Below are positions 26,439 through 34,768 of a stretch of DNA of 64,000 nt, piece by piece. Under the pieces are notes generated by a model. That model was not told the origin of the DNA. It made no database searches and was given only the letters and a program-made list of their open reading frames with translations. Numbering within the stretch: the stretch's first letter is position 1; every line of letters begins with the position of its first letter. A program made the translations under genes and the position numbers. Source of the DNA: Candidatus Nanopelagicales bacterium (GTDB taxonomy: Bacteria > Actinomycetota > Actinomycetes > S36-B12); NCBI GenBank assembly GCA_028687755.1, contig JAQTZL010000002.1, positions 148,459 through 212,458 on the forward strand, in the 5' to 3' direction.

Positions 26439-27890
26439 ATGCGGTGGGGACCGTACGGTCAGCAGGTGACCAATTTCGCCCCATCTGTCCCGGCTGACTT
26501 CCCTCGCACCTTAAGCGCACTTGTGGCCAGCGGCTACCAGTCGCGCACGGTAAAGCAAGAGATGCAAGCAAACTTGCTGACTCGCCTTCGCGAAGGGGTG
26601 CCGAGCCTGCCAGGAATTGTGGGCTTTGAAGACACCGTGATCCCTCAGGTTGAGCGCTCGATCCTGGCTGGCCATGACTTGGTGTTGTTAGGTGAGCGTG
26701 GCCAGGGCAAGACTCGTTTGATCCGCACGTTGACCCAACTCCTTGATGAGTGGATTCCCGTTGTTGAGGGCTGTGAAATCAATGATGACCCGCTAGAGCC
26801 AATTTGTGCTGGATGTCGTCGCAAGGCAGCTGAGCTCGGTGATGACCTGCCCGTGTCTTGGCGTCATCGCAGTCAGCGCTTTGGTGAGAAGCTGGCAACA
26901 CCTGACACCTCGGTTGCTGACCTCATTGGTGACGTTGATCCGGTCAAGGTTGCTGAAGGTCGCAGCCTTGGTGATCCAGAGACTGTGCACTACGGGTTAG
27001 TGCCTCGCACGAACCGCGGCATCTTCGCAATGAACGAACTTCCTGACTTGGCAGAGCGCATTCAAGTTGCGCTTCTGAATGTTTTGGAAGAGCGCGACAT
27101 TCAGGTCCGCGGTTATAACCTGCGTTTGCCGCTGGATTTGCTCGTTGTTGCAAGCGCAAACCCTGAGGACTACACGAACCGCGGTCGCATTATTACGCCG
27201 TTAAAGGATCGCTTCGGTGCTGAGATTCGCACCCACTATCCGCTGCTCCTTGATGATGAAATCGATTTGATTCGCCAAGAAGCCAATGTGCAAGCTGTGA
27301 TCCCTGACCACATGTATGACGTTGTCGCTCGATTCACTACTGAAGTTCGCACGTCCTCCTCCATTGATCAACGCAGTGGTGTTTCAGCACGCTTTGCTAT
27401 TGCGTGCACTGAAGCGCTGTCGGGCGCAGCTCTACGTCGTTCAGCAATTACCGGCGAAAAGGATCCTGTCGCTCGCATCGGCGATCTCATGGGTGTTGTT
27501 CCAACCTTGCGCGGCAAGGTTGAGTTTGATGTCAGTGAAGAGGGTCGCGAGCAGGAACTCTTAATTCATCTTGCACGTAAAGCAACAGCAGAAACGTGGC
27601 GTCAGTTGCTCGGCGGTAATGACATTCGCCCCGTGTTGACTTCGCTTGTTGAATGGTTTGACGAAGGCAATACCTTGCAAACCGGCGACATCACGCCTGG
27701 CGCATCCCTGCTTGGCGAGCTGGGTCAGTTCGAGGGTCTTGGCAAATTAATGCAGACCGTGGAACCTGAATTAGCCGAATCCTCGGGCCTTGCGGCAGCA
27801 TGTGTGGAGTTTGCCATTGAAGGACTATGGCTAACCCGACGGATTGATAAGGACGCAGTTGATGGGGTCATTCGCTACGGAGCCTCATGA
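26439..27890 (+). CDS. AAA+ ATPase of the BchI/ChlI (Mg-chelatase-like) type
   Basis: Walker A GERGQGKT, Walker B region GIFAMNELPDL, sensor-1 ASANPED and Arg-finger-like LKDRFG. Confidence 0.7.
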   Translation: MRWGPYGQQVTNFAPSVPADFPRTLSALVASGYQSRTVKQEMQANLLTRLREGVPSLPGIVGFEDTVIPQVERSILAGHDLVLLGERGQGKTRLIRTLTQLLDEWIPVVEGCEINDDPLEPICAGCRRKAAELGDDLPVSWRHRSQRFGEKLATPDTSVADLIGDVDPVKVAEGRSLGDPETVHYGLVPRTNRGIFAMNELPDLAERIQVALLNVLEERDIQVRGYNLRLPLDLLVVASANPEDYTNRGRIITPLKDRFGAEIRTHYPLLLDDEIDLIRQEANVQAVIPDHMYDVVARFTTEVRTSSSIDQRSGVSARFAIACTEALSGAALRRSAITGEKDPVARIGDLMGVVPTLRGKVEFDVSEEGREQELLIHLARKATAETWRQLLGGNDIRPVLTSLVEWFDEGNTLQTGDITPGASLLGELGQFEGLGKLMQTVEPELAESSGLAAACVEFAIEGLWLTRRIDKDAVDGVIRYGAS

Positions 27891-29836
27891 GTCGATTTCA
27901 ATATGGGTCCTTCCATGACGGCCCAGATCCCTTAGCTGCCCCAGTTGATGCTGGCGGTGGTGTGGATGAGATTGGCCGACGTCTCCTTGACGGGCAGTCA
28001 TTAACCGATGCCTTTCGCAACATGTTTCGCGATGGATTGAATAATCGTGATGGTTTGCGCGACATGTTCCGCAAAGCCCAGCAGCGTCGCAAAGAGTTAG
28101 AAAACTCAGGTCGCATGGATGGTCTGCTCACCGACTTGCGTCAGTTACTGGATGACGCGCTTACCCAAGAACGCGCGGCGCTCTTTCCGGATCCGTCAGA
28201 TGATGCACGTTTTCGTGAAGCGATGCTTGACACAGTTCCTGATGAAATCGGTCGCGCAGTTCAGCAACTTTCGAATTACGACTGGCAGTCACCGCAAGCC
28301 AAGCAATCCTTTGATCAACTCAAAGATCGCCTGCAGCGAGATGTTCTAGATCAGCAGTTTAAAAACATGACGCAGAGTATGAAGCAGATGAATACTCCTG
28401 AATCTAAAGCTGCGATGAAGGAAATGATGCAAGACCTCAACGCCATGCTGGAAAAGCATCGGCGAGGAGAAGATGCAACAGATGATTACGAAGCCTTTAA
28501 AGAAAAGCACAAGGATTTCTTCCCAGATGCGCCAGAAACTCTGTCGGAATTTATTGATGAGCTAGCGCGTCAAGCTGCTGCGATGCAGCGCATGATGGAT
28601 TCACTCAGCCCTGAGCAACGTGCCGAGCTTGCTGAAGCAATGGCAGAGGCATTGGCGGACATGGGCTTACAGGATGAGATGTCACGTTTGCAGGAGAACC
28701 TTCAAACCATGCGTCCTGAATTCTCCTGGTCTGGGCAACAGCGCATGGGTGGGGATGAGCCGCTGGGCTTGCCTGATGCAACACAAGCACTTGCCGAATT
28801 GGCTGATCTCGAATCGATCATGGATCAGCTTTCCGATAGTGATGCTCGAGCCAATCTCGATAATATTGATGAAGCGGCTGTGGCCCGTGCCTTAGGTCGT
28901 CAGGCTGTTGATGATCTGCGTGCCATGCGTGAGATCCAAAAACAGTTGGAAGATGAAGGTTTCCTGCAACGCGATGGCGATCGCCTGGAACTCACACCAA
29001 AAGCTGTGCGACGTATTGGTCAGACAGCATTGCGCGAAGTTTTTTCTTCGCTCGATGCTTCATCAAGAGGTGACCACAGTGTGCATCGCACAGGTGCGGC
29101 GGGTGAGATCACCGGGATGACTAGGCCTTGGCAGTTTGGTGACGAGCAACCCATCGATGTGGTGAAGACGGTTCGCAATGCAGTGAATCGCAAAATAATG
29201 AGCAATTCTGCGACTCTTTCTCTTTCTGCAGAGGATTTTGAAGTTCACGAAACAGAAACGCGAACACGTGCAGCGGTGGCGCTGTTAATAGATCAGTCCT
29301 TTTCGATGGTGATGAGTGATACCTGGCGTTCAGCTAAAACGATGGCGCTCGCCTTACATGCGCTTGCACAAACTGCGTATCCACTTGATGCGCTAGAAAT
29401 CATCTCCTTCGCCAACATTGCACAAGTGGTGAAGCCACATGAGTTACCTGATTTGGAAGCCAGCTACATCCAAGGCACAAATTTGCATCATGCATTGATG
29501 CTGGCTGGTCGATTCCTTGATAAACACCATGGTGCTCAGCGAGTAGTCATGGTTGTGACCGATGGTGAGCCAACGGCTCACATTGATGACGAGGGTTACT
29601 CGAATTTCAGTTGGCCGCCAAGTGATGAAACGATTGCCCTCACCGTGGCTCAGGTGGATCTCATGACTTGTCGTCGAGTTCCCATTTCTTGGTTCAGGCT
29701 TGGTGATGACCCGAGTTTGGAACGTTTCTTGGATCAAATGGCTCGACGCAATGGTGGGCGAGTGTTGGCCTCGTCAGGCGAGCGACTTGGCGACTATGTC
29801 GTGAGTGACTACGTGCGCGCACGCGGTGCCAGGTAG
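27887..29836 (+). CDS. von Willebrand factor A (VWA) domain protein with a long charged helical N-terminal region
   Basis: MIDAS DQSFS and VMVVTDGEPT in the C-terminal ~200 aa. ATGA overlap with the AAA+ gene. Confidence 0.75.
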   Translation: MSRFQYGSFHDGPDPLAAPVDAGGGVDEIGRRLLDGQSLTDAFRNMFRDGLNNRDGLRDMFRKAQQRRKELENSGRMDGLLTDLRQLLDDALTQERAALFPDPSDDARFREAMLDTVPDEIGRAVQQLSNYDWQSPQAKQSFDQLKDRLQRDVLDQQFKNMTQSMKQMNTPESKAAMKEMMQDLNAMLEKHRRGEDATDDYEAFKEKHKDFFPDAPETLSEFIDELARQAAAMQRMMDSLSPEQRAELAEAMAEALADMGLQDEMSRLQENLQTMRPEFSWSGQQRMGGDEPLGLPDATQALAELADLESIMDQLSDSDARANLDNIDEAAVARALGRQAVDDLRAMREIQKQLEDEGFLQRDGDRLELTPKAVRRIGQTALREVFSSLDASSRGDHSVHRTGAAGEITGMTRPWQFGDEQPIDVVKTVRNAVNRKIMSNSATLSLSAEDFEVHETETRTRAAVALLIDQSFSMVMSDTWRSAKTMALALHALAQTAYPLDALEIISFANIAQVVKPHELPDLEASYIQGTNLHHALMLAGRFLDKHHGAQRVVMVVTDGEPTAHIDDEGYSNFSWPPSDETIALTVAQVDLMTCRRVPISWFRLGDDPSLERFLDQMARRNGGRVLASSGERLGDYVVSDYVRARGAR

Positions 29837-30620
29837 TTCTGGTAATTGTCCGGATACTGACTACTGTGTTCATGTGACCACAATTCAGCCACTTCCAGAT
29901 CGCATTGAACGCTTTACGTTGCTCTCTCAAGCACTCGTTGCAAACCCTTCTTGGGATGAGCTCACAAGGCTATTAGCCTTGCGAATATTCGACTTTTGGG
30001 GTTGCGAGGAAGTGCTGTTGTACGGCATGGACCCACGTGGGACGCTTCAATTGAAGTCTTCATACGGTGTTGTCGACACCGGCCGTGTTGCTGAAGTTGC
30101 GCTTGAAAATAACCCGGAATTGGCTTCTGTCCTGTCCTTTGGCCGGACAACATGGGTCGTGGATGCAAGCGAGGGTGATGAGCTCGTTCCTGCAGTATTA
30201 GGAACGCATCACAAAGGTGGCGTGGTGATCGCGCCACTCAATCGCGTCAATATTCCCGAATACGTGCTTATCGTCACGTTCAAGGAGGCGCTGCCAGAAA
30301 ACCCCGCAAGTGCGCCGTTCATGTCCTCGATCGTCAGTCTGCTCGAATTGCGAGTAGCGATGGCCAAGGGATCCAATGCTCGTAAAACTTTGGTGAGTGC
30401 GCCAGAAGGCGAAGTCGAATTCACTGAACGTCAACAGCGAATCTTGGAACGCATGCAAGATGGCAAGACAAATAAGTCGATTGCTCGCGAACTTGGTTTC
30501 AGTGAATCAACAATTCGTCAAGAGACGTTGCGCTTGTATCGCAGCCTCGGTGTGAACTCACGCGAAGATGCAGTAATCGCAGCGCGAGTCAAAGGATTAT
30601 TGGATCCGCAAGCAGGTTAA
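29805..30620 (+). CDS. LuxR-family HTH regulator with a GAF-like N-terminal domain (start uncertain; alternative GTG 29874)
   Basis: C-terminal FTERQQRILERMQDGKTNKSIARELGFSESTIRQETLRLYRSLGV. Confidence 0.75.
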   Translation: MTTCAHAVPGSSGNCPDTDYCVHVTTIQPLPDRIERFTLLSQALVANPSWDELTRLLALRIFDFWGCEEVLLYGMDPRGTLQLKSSYGVVDTGRVAEVALENNPELASVLSFGRTTWVVDASEGDELVPAVLGTHHKGGVVIAPLNRVNIPEYVLIVTFKEALPENPASAPFMSSIVSLLELRVAMAKGSNARKTLVSAPEGEVEFTERQQRILERMQDGKTNKSIARELGFSESTIRQETLRLYRSLGVNSREDAVIAARVKGLLDPQAG

Positions 30621-30628
30621 AGGGTTGG

Positions 30629-31384
30629 CTAGTTAAAGGCCCGATAGGTCACGTAGATCGAAACACCAATGAGTACAGCCTGAAGTAGGCGGGTGGCGGC
30701 TTTCGGCGACAGTCTTCGCAGGAGTTTGCTACCAATAGGTGCGCCGATCAATCCACCTACACCCAAAACGAGCCCTGTAGTCCAATGAATATCTGCGTTA
30801 TTAATGACGTGCCCTAGGAGCGCGGCACCGCTGGAAAACATAATCACCGCAAGTGACACGCGTGCTGCAACTTTGATCGGCGTATTGAGCCAAAGAATTT
30901 GCAGCGGCACTGTGATGAGTCCGCCTCCGATTCCAAAGAGTCCAGCGAGAAATCCGCCAGAGCCGCCTGTCACGGCGATTTGTCCGACGGATGCATCATT
31001 GGTCTGCTGGTCATGTTCTTCAGCCGCTGCGCCTGTACGTCGATTTGTCAGGATGACGTTGATGATGTTGAGCGTTGCAAAACCTAGAAGTAACGCAGCA
31101 TCTGGAAGGTGGTGGGCTACCCAGGCGCCAACCGGCGCAATCACGATGGCAGGGATGCCGATCATGATGGCTCTGCGCCATGGCACCTGGCGAGCTAGCG
31201 CATTGGTGATGGTTGCGGAGGTTGCAGTCACAAAGACACCGATATTGCTGGTTGCAACTGCGGCTACGGGGGTCAGGCCGCTGACCATCAAAATGGGTAC
31301 AAAGAGCATGCCGCCGCCGCCGCCGGTGGACCCGGCAAGAACTCCTGCTGCAACCGCTACGAGGAATTCCAAGGCAAGCTGCAT
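30629..31384 (-). CDS. TauE/SafE family sulfite/anion exporter
   Basis: Poly-TM protein starting MQLALEFLVAVAAGVLAGSTGGGGGMLFVPIL, with a second GGL repeat half. The track ORF extends to 31417. Confidence 0.8.
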   Translation of the reverse strand: MQLALEFLVAVAAGVLAGSTGGGGGMLFVPILMVSGLTPVAAVATSNIGVFVTATSATITNALARQVPWRRAIMIGIPAIVIAPVGAWVAHHLPDAALLLGFATLNIINVILTNRRTGAAAEEHDQQTNDASVGQIAVTGGSGGFLAGLFGIGGGLITVPLQILWLNTPIKVAARVSLAVIMFSSGAALLGHVINNADIHWTTGLVLGVGGLIGAPIGSKLLRRLSPKAATRLLQAVLIGVSIYVTYRAFN

Positions 31385-31512
31385 GTGAGTAAAACTAGTG
31401 GGTCGCCAGCTGGGCACTCCTAGGGCATAAACCGGCCAGATTTCTTTGAAAATTCCCCAAGTTTTTTTGCTGAGAACAAGATTCTTAGAAATAAGAACGG
31501 TATTCTCAGTCC

Positions 31513-32565
31513 ATGGCTACCGATACCAAGCACCCCTTTACTCCCGAAGAACTGCAGCGACTGACGGTTTGGATGGACTCAGTCAACCGACCAGGCGCCG
31601 GGGAAACTCCAGAACTCACCAAGATTTCAGGTGGTTCCCAAAACGAGTTGTATCTCGTTGATCGAGGCGGTGAGCGCCTCGTGATGCGCATTCCACCACG
31701 CAACTCAGGCCGCGCTGATGGCATCAAGCGCGAGATGACCTTCCTTGCTTCGCTCAAGGGAACAGATGTTCCTCATGGCGAGCTCGTTGTTGGTTGCGAA
31801 GACGCTGACGTTTTGGGGATTCCGTTTTATTTGATGAAGCAGATCATTGGTTGGTCTCCGGCTGGCGGCGATGGTTGGCCAGAGCCGTATAAGTCTGACT
31901 TGAGTTTGCGTCCAGCACTCGCGTACGCATTAGTCGAGGGCTGCGCACTGCTGGCCAAGGTTGATTGGAAGGCACAAGGCCTTGAAGGTTTTGGTCGTCC
32001 AGACAACTTCCATGATCGCCAGGTCAGTCGGTGGATTTCCTTCCTTGATGGTTACAAGTTCCGTGACCTGCCAGGCCTTGAAGAAGCAACCGCCTGGCTC
32101 GATAAGAACAAGCCACGTTCATGGGAGCCCGGCATCATGCACGGCGATTACCAATTCGCCAACATCATGTTCACCAATGATGTGCCGGCAAAACTTGCTG
32201 CCGTTGTCGACTGGGAAATGACCACCATCGGTGATCCACTGCTTGACCTTGCATGGGCCCTTGGATCACTTGCTCCAGATGCAGCTGATTCCAAGTACAT
32301 GCGTTATCTCGATGTCACGGGAATGCCACCGCTAGAGGATCTTCTTGCGCATTACGAAAAGATCAGCGGACGCAGTACCCAAGACTTCCCTTACTACCTC
32401 GTGCTTGCACGTTGGAAGTTAGCGATTGTTCTCGAGATGTCTTATGCACGCATTGTGAAAAATAACATCGACAATGCGGCGCTTGCCTCATTTGGTCCAC
32501 TGGTGTTGGAACTCATGAGTAAGGCAGCTGAGCTCGCAGCAACCATGCCGGATGGTGTGAAGTGA
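31513..32565 (+). CDS. APH-fold phosphotransferase (acyl-CoA dehydrogenase-associated kinase type)
   Basis: Catalytic loop HGDYQFANIMF and VVDWEMTTIGDPLLDLAW. Confidence 0.85.
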   Translation: MATDTKHPFTPEELQRLTVWMDSVNRPGAGETPELTKISGGSQNELYLVDRGGERLVMRIPPRNSGRADGIKREMTFLASLKGTDVPHGELVVGCEDADVLGIPFYLMKQIIGWSPAGGDGWPEPYKSDLSLRPALAYALVEGCALLAKVDWKAQGLEGFGRPDNFHDRQVSRWISFLDGYKFRDLPGLEEATAWLDKNKPRSWEPGIMHGDYQFANIMFTNDVPAKLAAVVDWEMTTIGDPLLDLAWALGSLAPDAADSKYMRYLDVTGMPPLEDLLAHYEKISGRSTQDFPYYLVLARWKLAIVLEMSYARIVKNNIDNAALASFGPLVLELMSKAAELAATMPDGVK

Positions 32566-33329
32566 GCAGCTACCTTGACAACTTGTTTAGCCTAAAAGAC
32601 AAAGTCATTGTCATTACCGGCGGAAGCCGTGGCCTTGGTAAGGAAATGGCGTACGGCTGTGCGCAAGCCGGTGCTCATCTTGTAATTGCGTCGCGCAAAA
32701 TCGAAAACTGCGAAACCGTAGCCAACGACATCGCCGAAAAATATGGCGTTGAAACAATGGCTTATGCACTTCATGTTGGCCGCTGGGATGCGATTGAGCC
32801 GTTTGTTGATGCAGTGTACGAACGCTTTGGTCGCGTCGATGTGTTGATCAACAACGCAGGTATGTCACCTGTGTACGAAAAGAATTCAGATGTCACTGAG
32901 CAGATGTTCGACAGCGTGATGAACCTCAACTTCAAGGGGCCGTATCACCTCACGGCACTCATGGGTGAGCGGATGGCAGCTGCTGGCCGCGGTTCCATCA
33001 TCAACGTGAGCTCATCAGGTTCAATTCGCCCTTCACCAACAATCATTCCTTACGCTGGTGCGAAGTACGCCTTGAACACCATGACTGAAGGGTTTGCAAA
33101 AGCCTTTGGCCCGGCTGTTCGAGTGAACACCCTGATGTCAGGCACGATGATGACGGACATTTCTAAAGCATGGGATGTTCCATCCATGACCGCAGGAATG
33201 CAGAACACCACCTCACTCAAGCGCATTGGCGAACCGCACGAAATTGTTGGTGCGGCCATCTATTTGGCTTCTGATGCTTCGACTTACACCTCGTGCGCGA
33301 CCATTCGCGTCGATGGTGGCATGTACTAA
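32562..33329 (+). CDS. short-chain dehydrogenase/reductase (SDR)
   Basis: VITGGSRGLGKEMA, NNAG and YAGAKYAL motifs. GTGA overlap upstream. Confidence 0.9.
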   Translation: MSSYLDNLFSLKDKVIVITGGSRGLGKEMAYGCAQAGAHLVIASRKIENCETVANDIAEKYGVETMAYALHVGRWDAIEPFVDAVYERFGRVDVLINNAGMSPVYEKNSDVTEQMFDSVMNLNFKGPYHLTALMGERMAAAGRGSIINVSSSGSIRPSPTIIPYAGAKYALNTMTEGFAKAFGPAVRVNTLMSGTMMTDISKAWDVPSMTAGMQNTTSLKRIGEPHEIVGAAIYLASDASTYTSCATIRVDGGMY

Positions 33330-33375
33330 ATCAGCGAGAACGCACAGACTTCACACATCACACAAGGAGAATGAC

Positions 33376-34680
33376 ATGGCAATTGATTTCGAGGTCGATC
33401 CAGACTTCCAAGAACTTCTTGACTGGACCAAAGAGTTCGTCAATACCAAGATTAAAAAAGTTGACCTACTTTGGCCGCATGACATTTACAAGGACATGAC
33501 TCCGCAGCAGGCCGCGATCATTAACCCGCTGAAGCAAGAAGTGCGCGATAAGAAGTTGTGGGCTTGTCACCTTGGGCCAGATCTCGGTGGTCAGGGCTAT
33601 GGACAGCTGAAGCTGGCCCTCCTGAATGAAATTCTTGGAACCTCACGTTGGGCTCCACGTATTTTTGGTACCCAGGCACCTGATACGGGAAACGCAGAAA
33701 TTCTTGCTCACTACGGAACTGATGAGCAGAAGGCCGAATACCTCAAGCCACTACTTGAAGGTGACATCGTTTCCTGTTTCTCAATGACAGAACCACAAGG
33801 TGGCGCTGACCCAGGTGTATTCACCACCCGTGCAGTGAAAGACGGCGACGACTGGGTTATCAACGGCCGCAAGGTGTGGTCATCAAATGCTCGCTGGGCC
33901 AAGTTCTTCATTGTCATGGCTGTCACTGATCCTGATGCTCCTGTAGTGAGTCGCATGACCATGTTTGTGGTGCCAGCAGACACACCAGGCATCAACATTC
34001 AATACAACTTCGGCATGGCTGGCGAAGGTCCAGACGATGTATCTGAAGCATTGATCAAGTACGAAAATGTTCGCGTTCCGCAGTCAGCAATCCTGGGCGG
34101 TGTTGGTCAAGCATTTGCTGTTGCTCAGACTCGCTTGGGTGGTGGCCGTGTGCACCATGCAATGCGCACCGTGGGTAACTGCCAGAAGGCACTCGACATG
34201 ATGGCCGAGCGTGCACTTTCCCGCTACACCAAGGGGACCTTGCTTGCGGAGAAGGAATCAGTGCAGCAGATGATTGCTGATACCTACATCGAGTTGCAGT
34301 CATTTCGACTGTTGGTTCTTCACTGCGCTTGGAAGATCGACAAGCTCAATGATTACAAGAAGGTCCGCATGGACATTGCAGCGATCAAGGTGCAAACCTC
34401 ACGAGTAATGACTGAAATTGGTATTCGTGCAGTGCATCTTCACGGTGCTATTGGCACTTCGCATGAACTGCCGCTAATGGGCTTCTTGAACTCCGGCATT
34501 GTGCTTGGTTTGGCAGATGGTCCAACTGAAGTTCATCAAGTGACCGTTGCTCGCCAGTTGCTGCGTCAGTACAAAGGAACCGACAGCGTGTGGCCTTCGG
34601 AATTGATTCCAAATCTCAAGGCTGAAGCTGAACTGGAACTCCTCGGAGAAGTCTTCACACAGACCGTTCCTGAAAACTAA
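33376..34680 (+). CDS. acyl-CoA dehydrogenase family protein (FadE2 / ACAD10-11-like N-terminus)
   Basis: AAGGAGA SD, then MAIDFEVDPDFQELLDW. CFSMTEPQGGADP motif. The track ORF 33226 is an upstream extension. Confidence 0.9.
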   Translation: MAIDFEVDPDFQELLDWTKEFVNTKIKKVDLLWPHDIYKDMTPQQAAIINPLKQEVRDKKLWACHLGPDLGGQGYGQLKLALLNEILGTSRWAPRIFGTQAPDTGNAEILAHYGTDEQKAEYLKPLLEGDIVSCFSMTEPQGGADPGVFTTRAVKDGDDWVINGRKVWSSNARWAKFFIVMAVTDPDAPVVSRMTMFVVPADTPGINIQYNFGMAGEGPDDVSEALIKYENVRVPQSAILGGVGQAFAVAQTRLGGGRVHHAMRTVGNCQKALDMMAERALSRYTKGTLLAEKESVQQMIADTYIELQSFRLLVLHCAWKIDKLNDYKKVRMDIAAIKVQTSRVMTEIGIRAVHLHGAIGTSHELPLMGFLNSGIVLGLADGPTEVHQVTVARQLLRQYKGTDSVWPSELIPNLKAEAELELLGEVFTQTVPEN

Positions 34681-34706
34681 CAATGAATTGATGTAAGCGT
34701 TCGCTC

Positions 34707-34744
34707 ATGAGCGGGTGGAATGTGTGAACATTCCACCCGCTCAT
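34707..34744 (+). terminator. strong intrinsic terminator
   Basis: ATGAGCGGGTGGAATGT-GTGA-ACATTCCACCCGCTCAT forms a perfect 17-bp stem with a 4-nt loop, followed by TGCTTTCTTC. Confidence 0.8.
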
Positions 34745-34768
34745 TGCTTTCTTCAATACCATTCGCGT

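Noticed and set aside
26439-29836. Reading the AAA+/VWA pair as a genuine magnesium (BchI/BchD) or cobalt (CobS/CobT) chelatase.
   Set aside because: No large H/N subunit is present, there is no chlorophyll or cobalamin gene context in the window, and the VWA protein lacks the AAA-like N-terminal module of BchD. It is kept as a chelatase-like chaperone-type pair of unknown function.
30804-31388. 194-aa ORF antisense to the TauE/SafE gene. Similar long antisense or off-frame ORFs occur at 40292-40771, 40951-41304, 41739-42059, 43094-43564, 45519-45897 and 55192-56126.
   Set aside because: All lie entirely inside genes with strong family signatures on the other strand or frame. They are Ala/Arg/Pro/Ser-rich and lack SD or start context, as expected for shadow ORFs in moderately GC-rich DNA.
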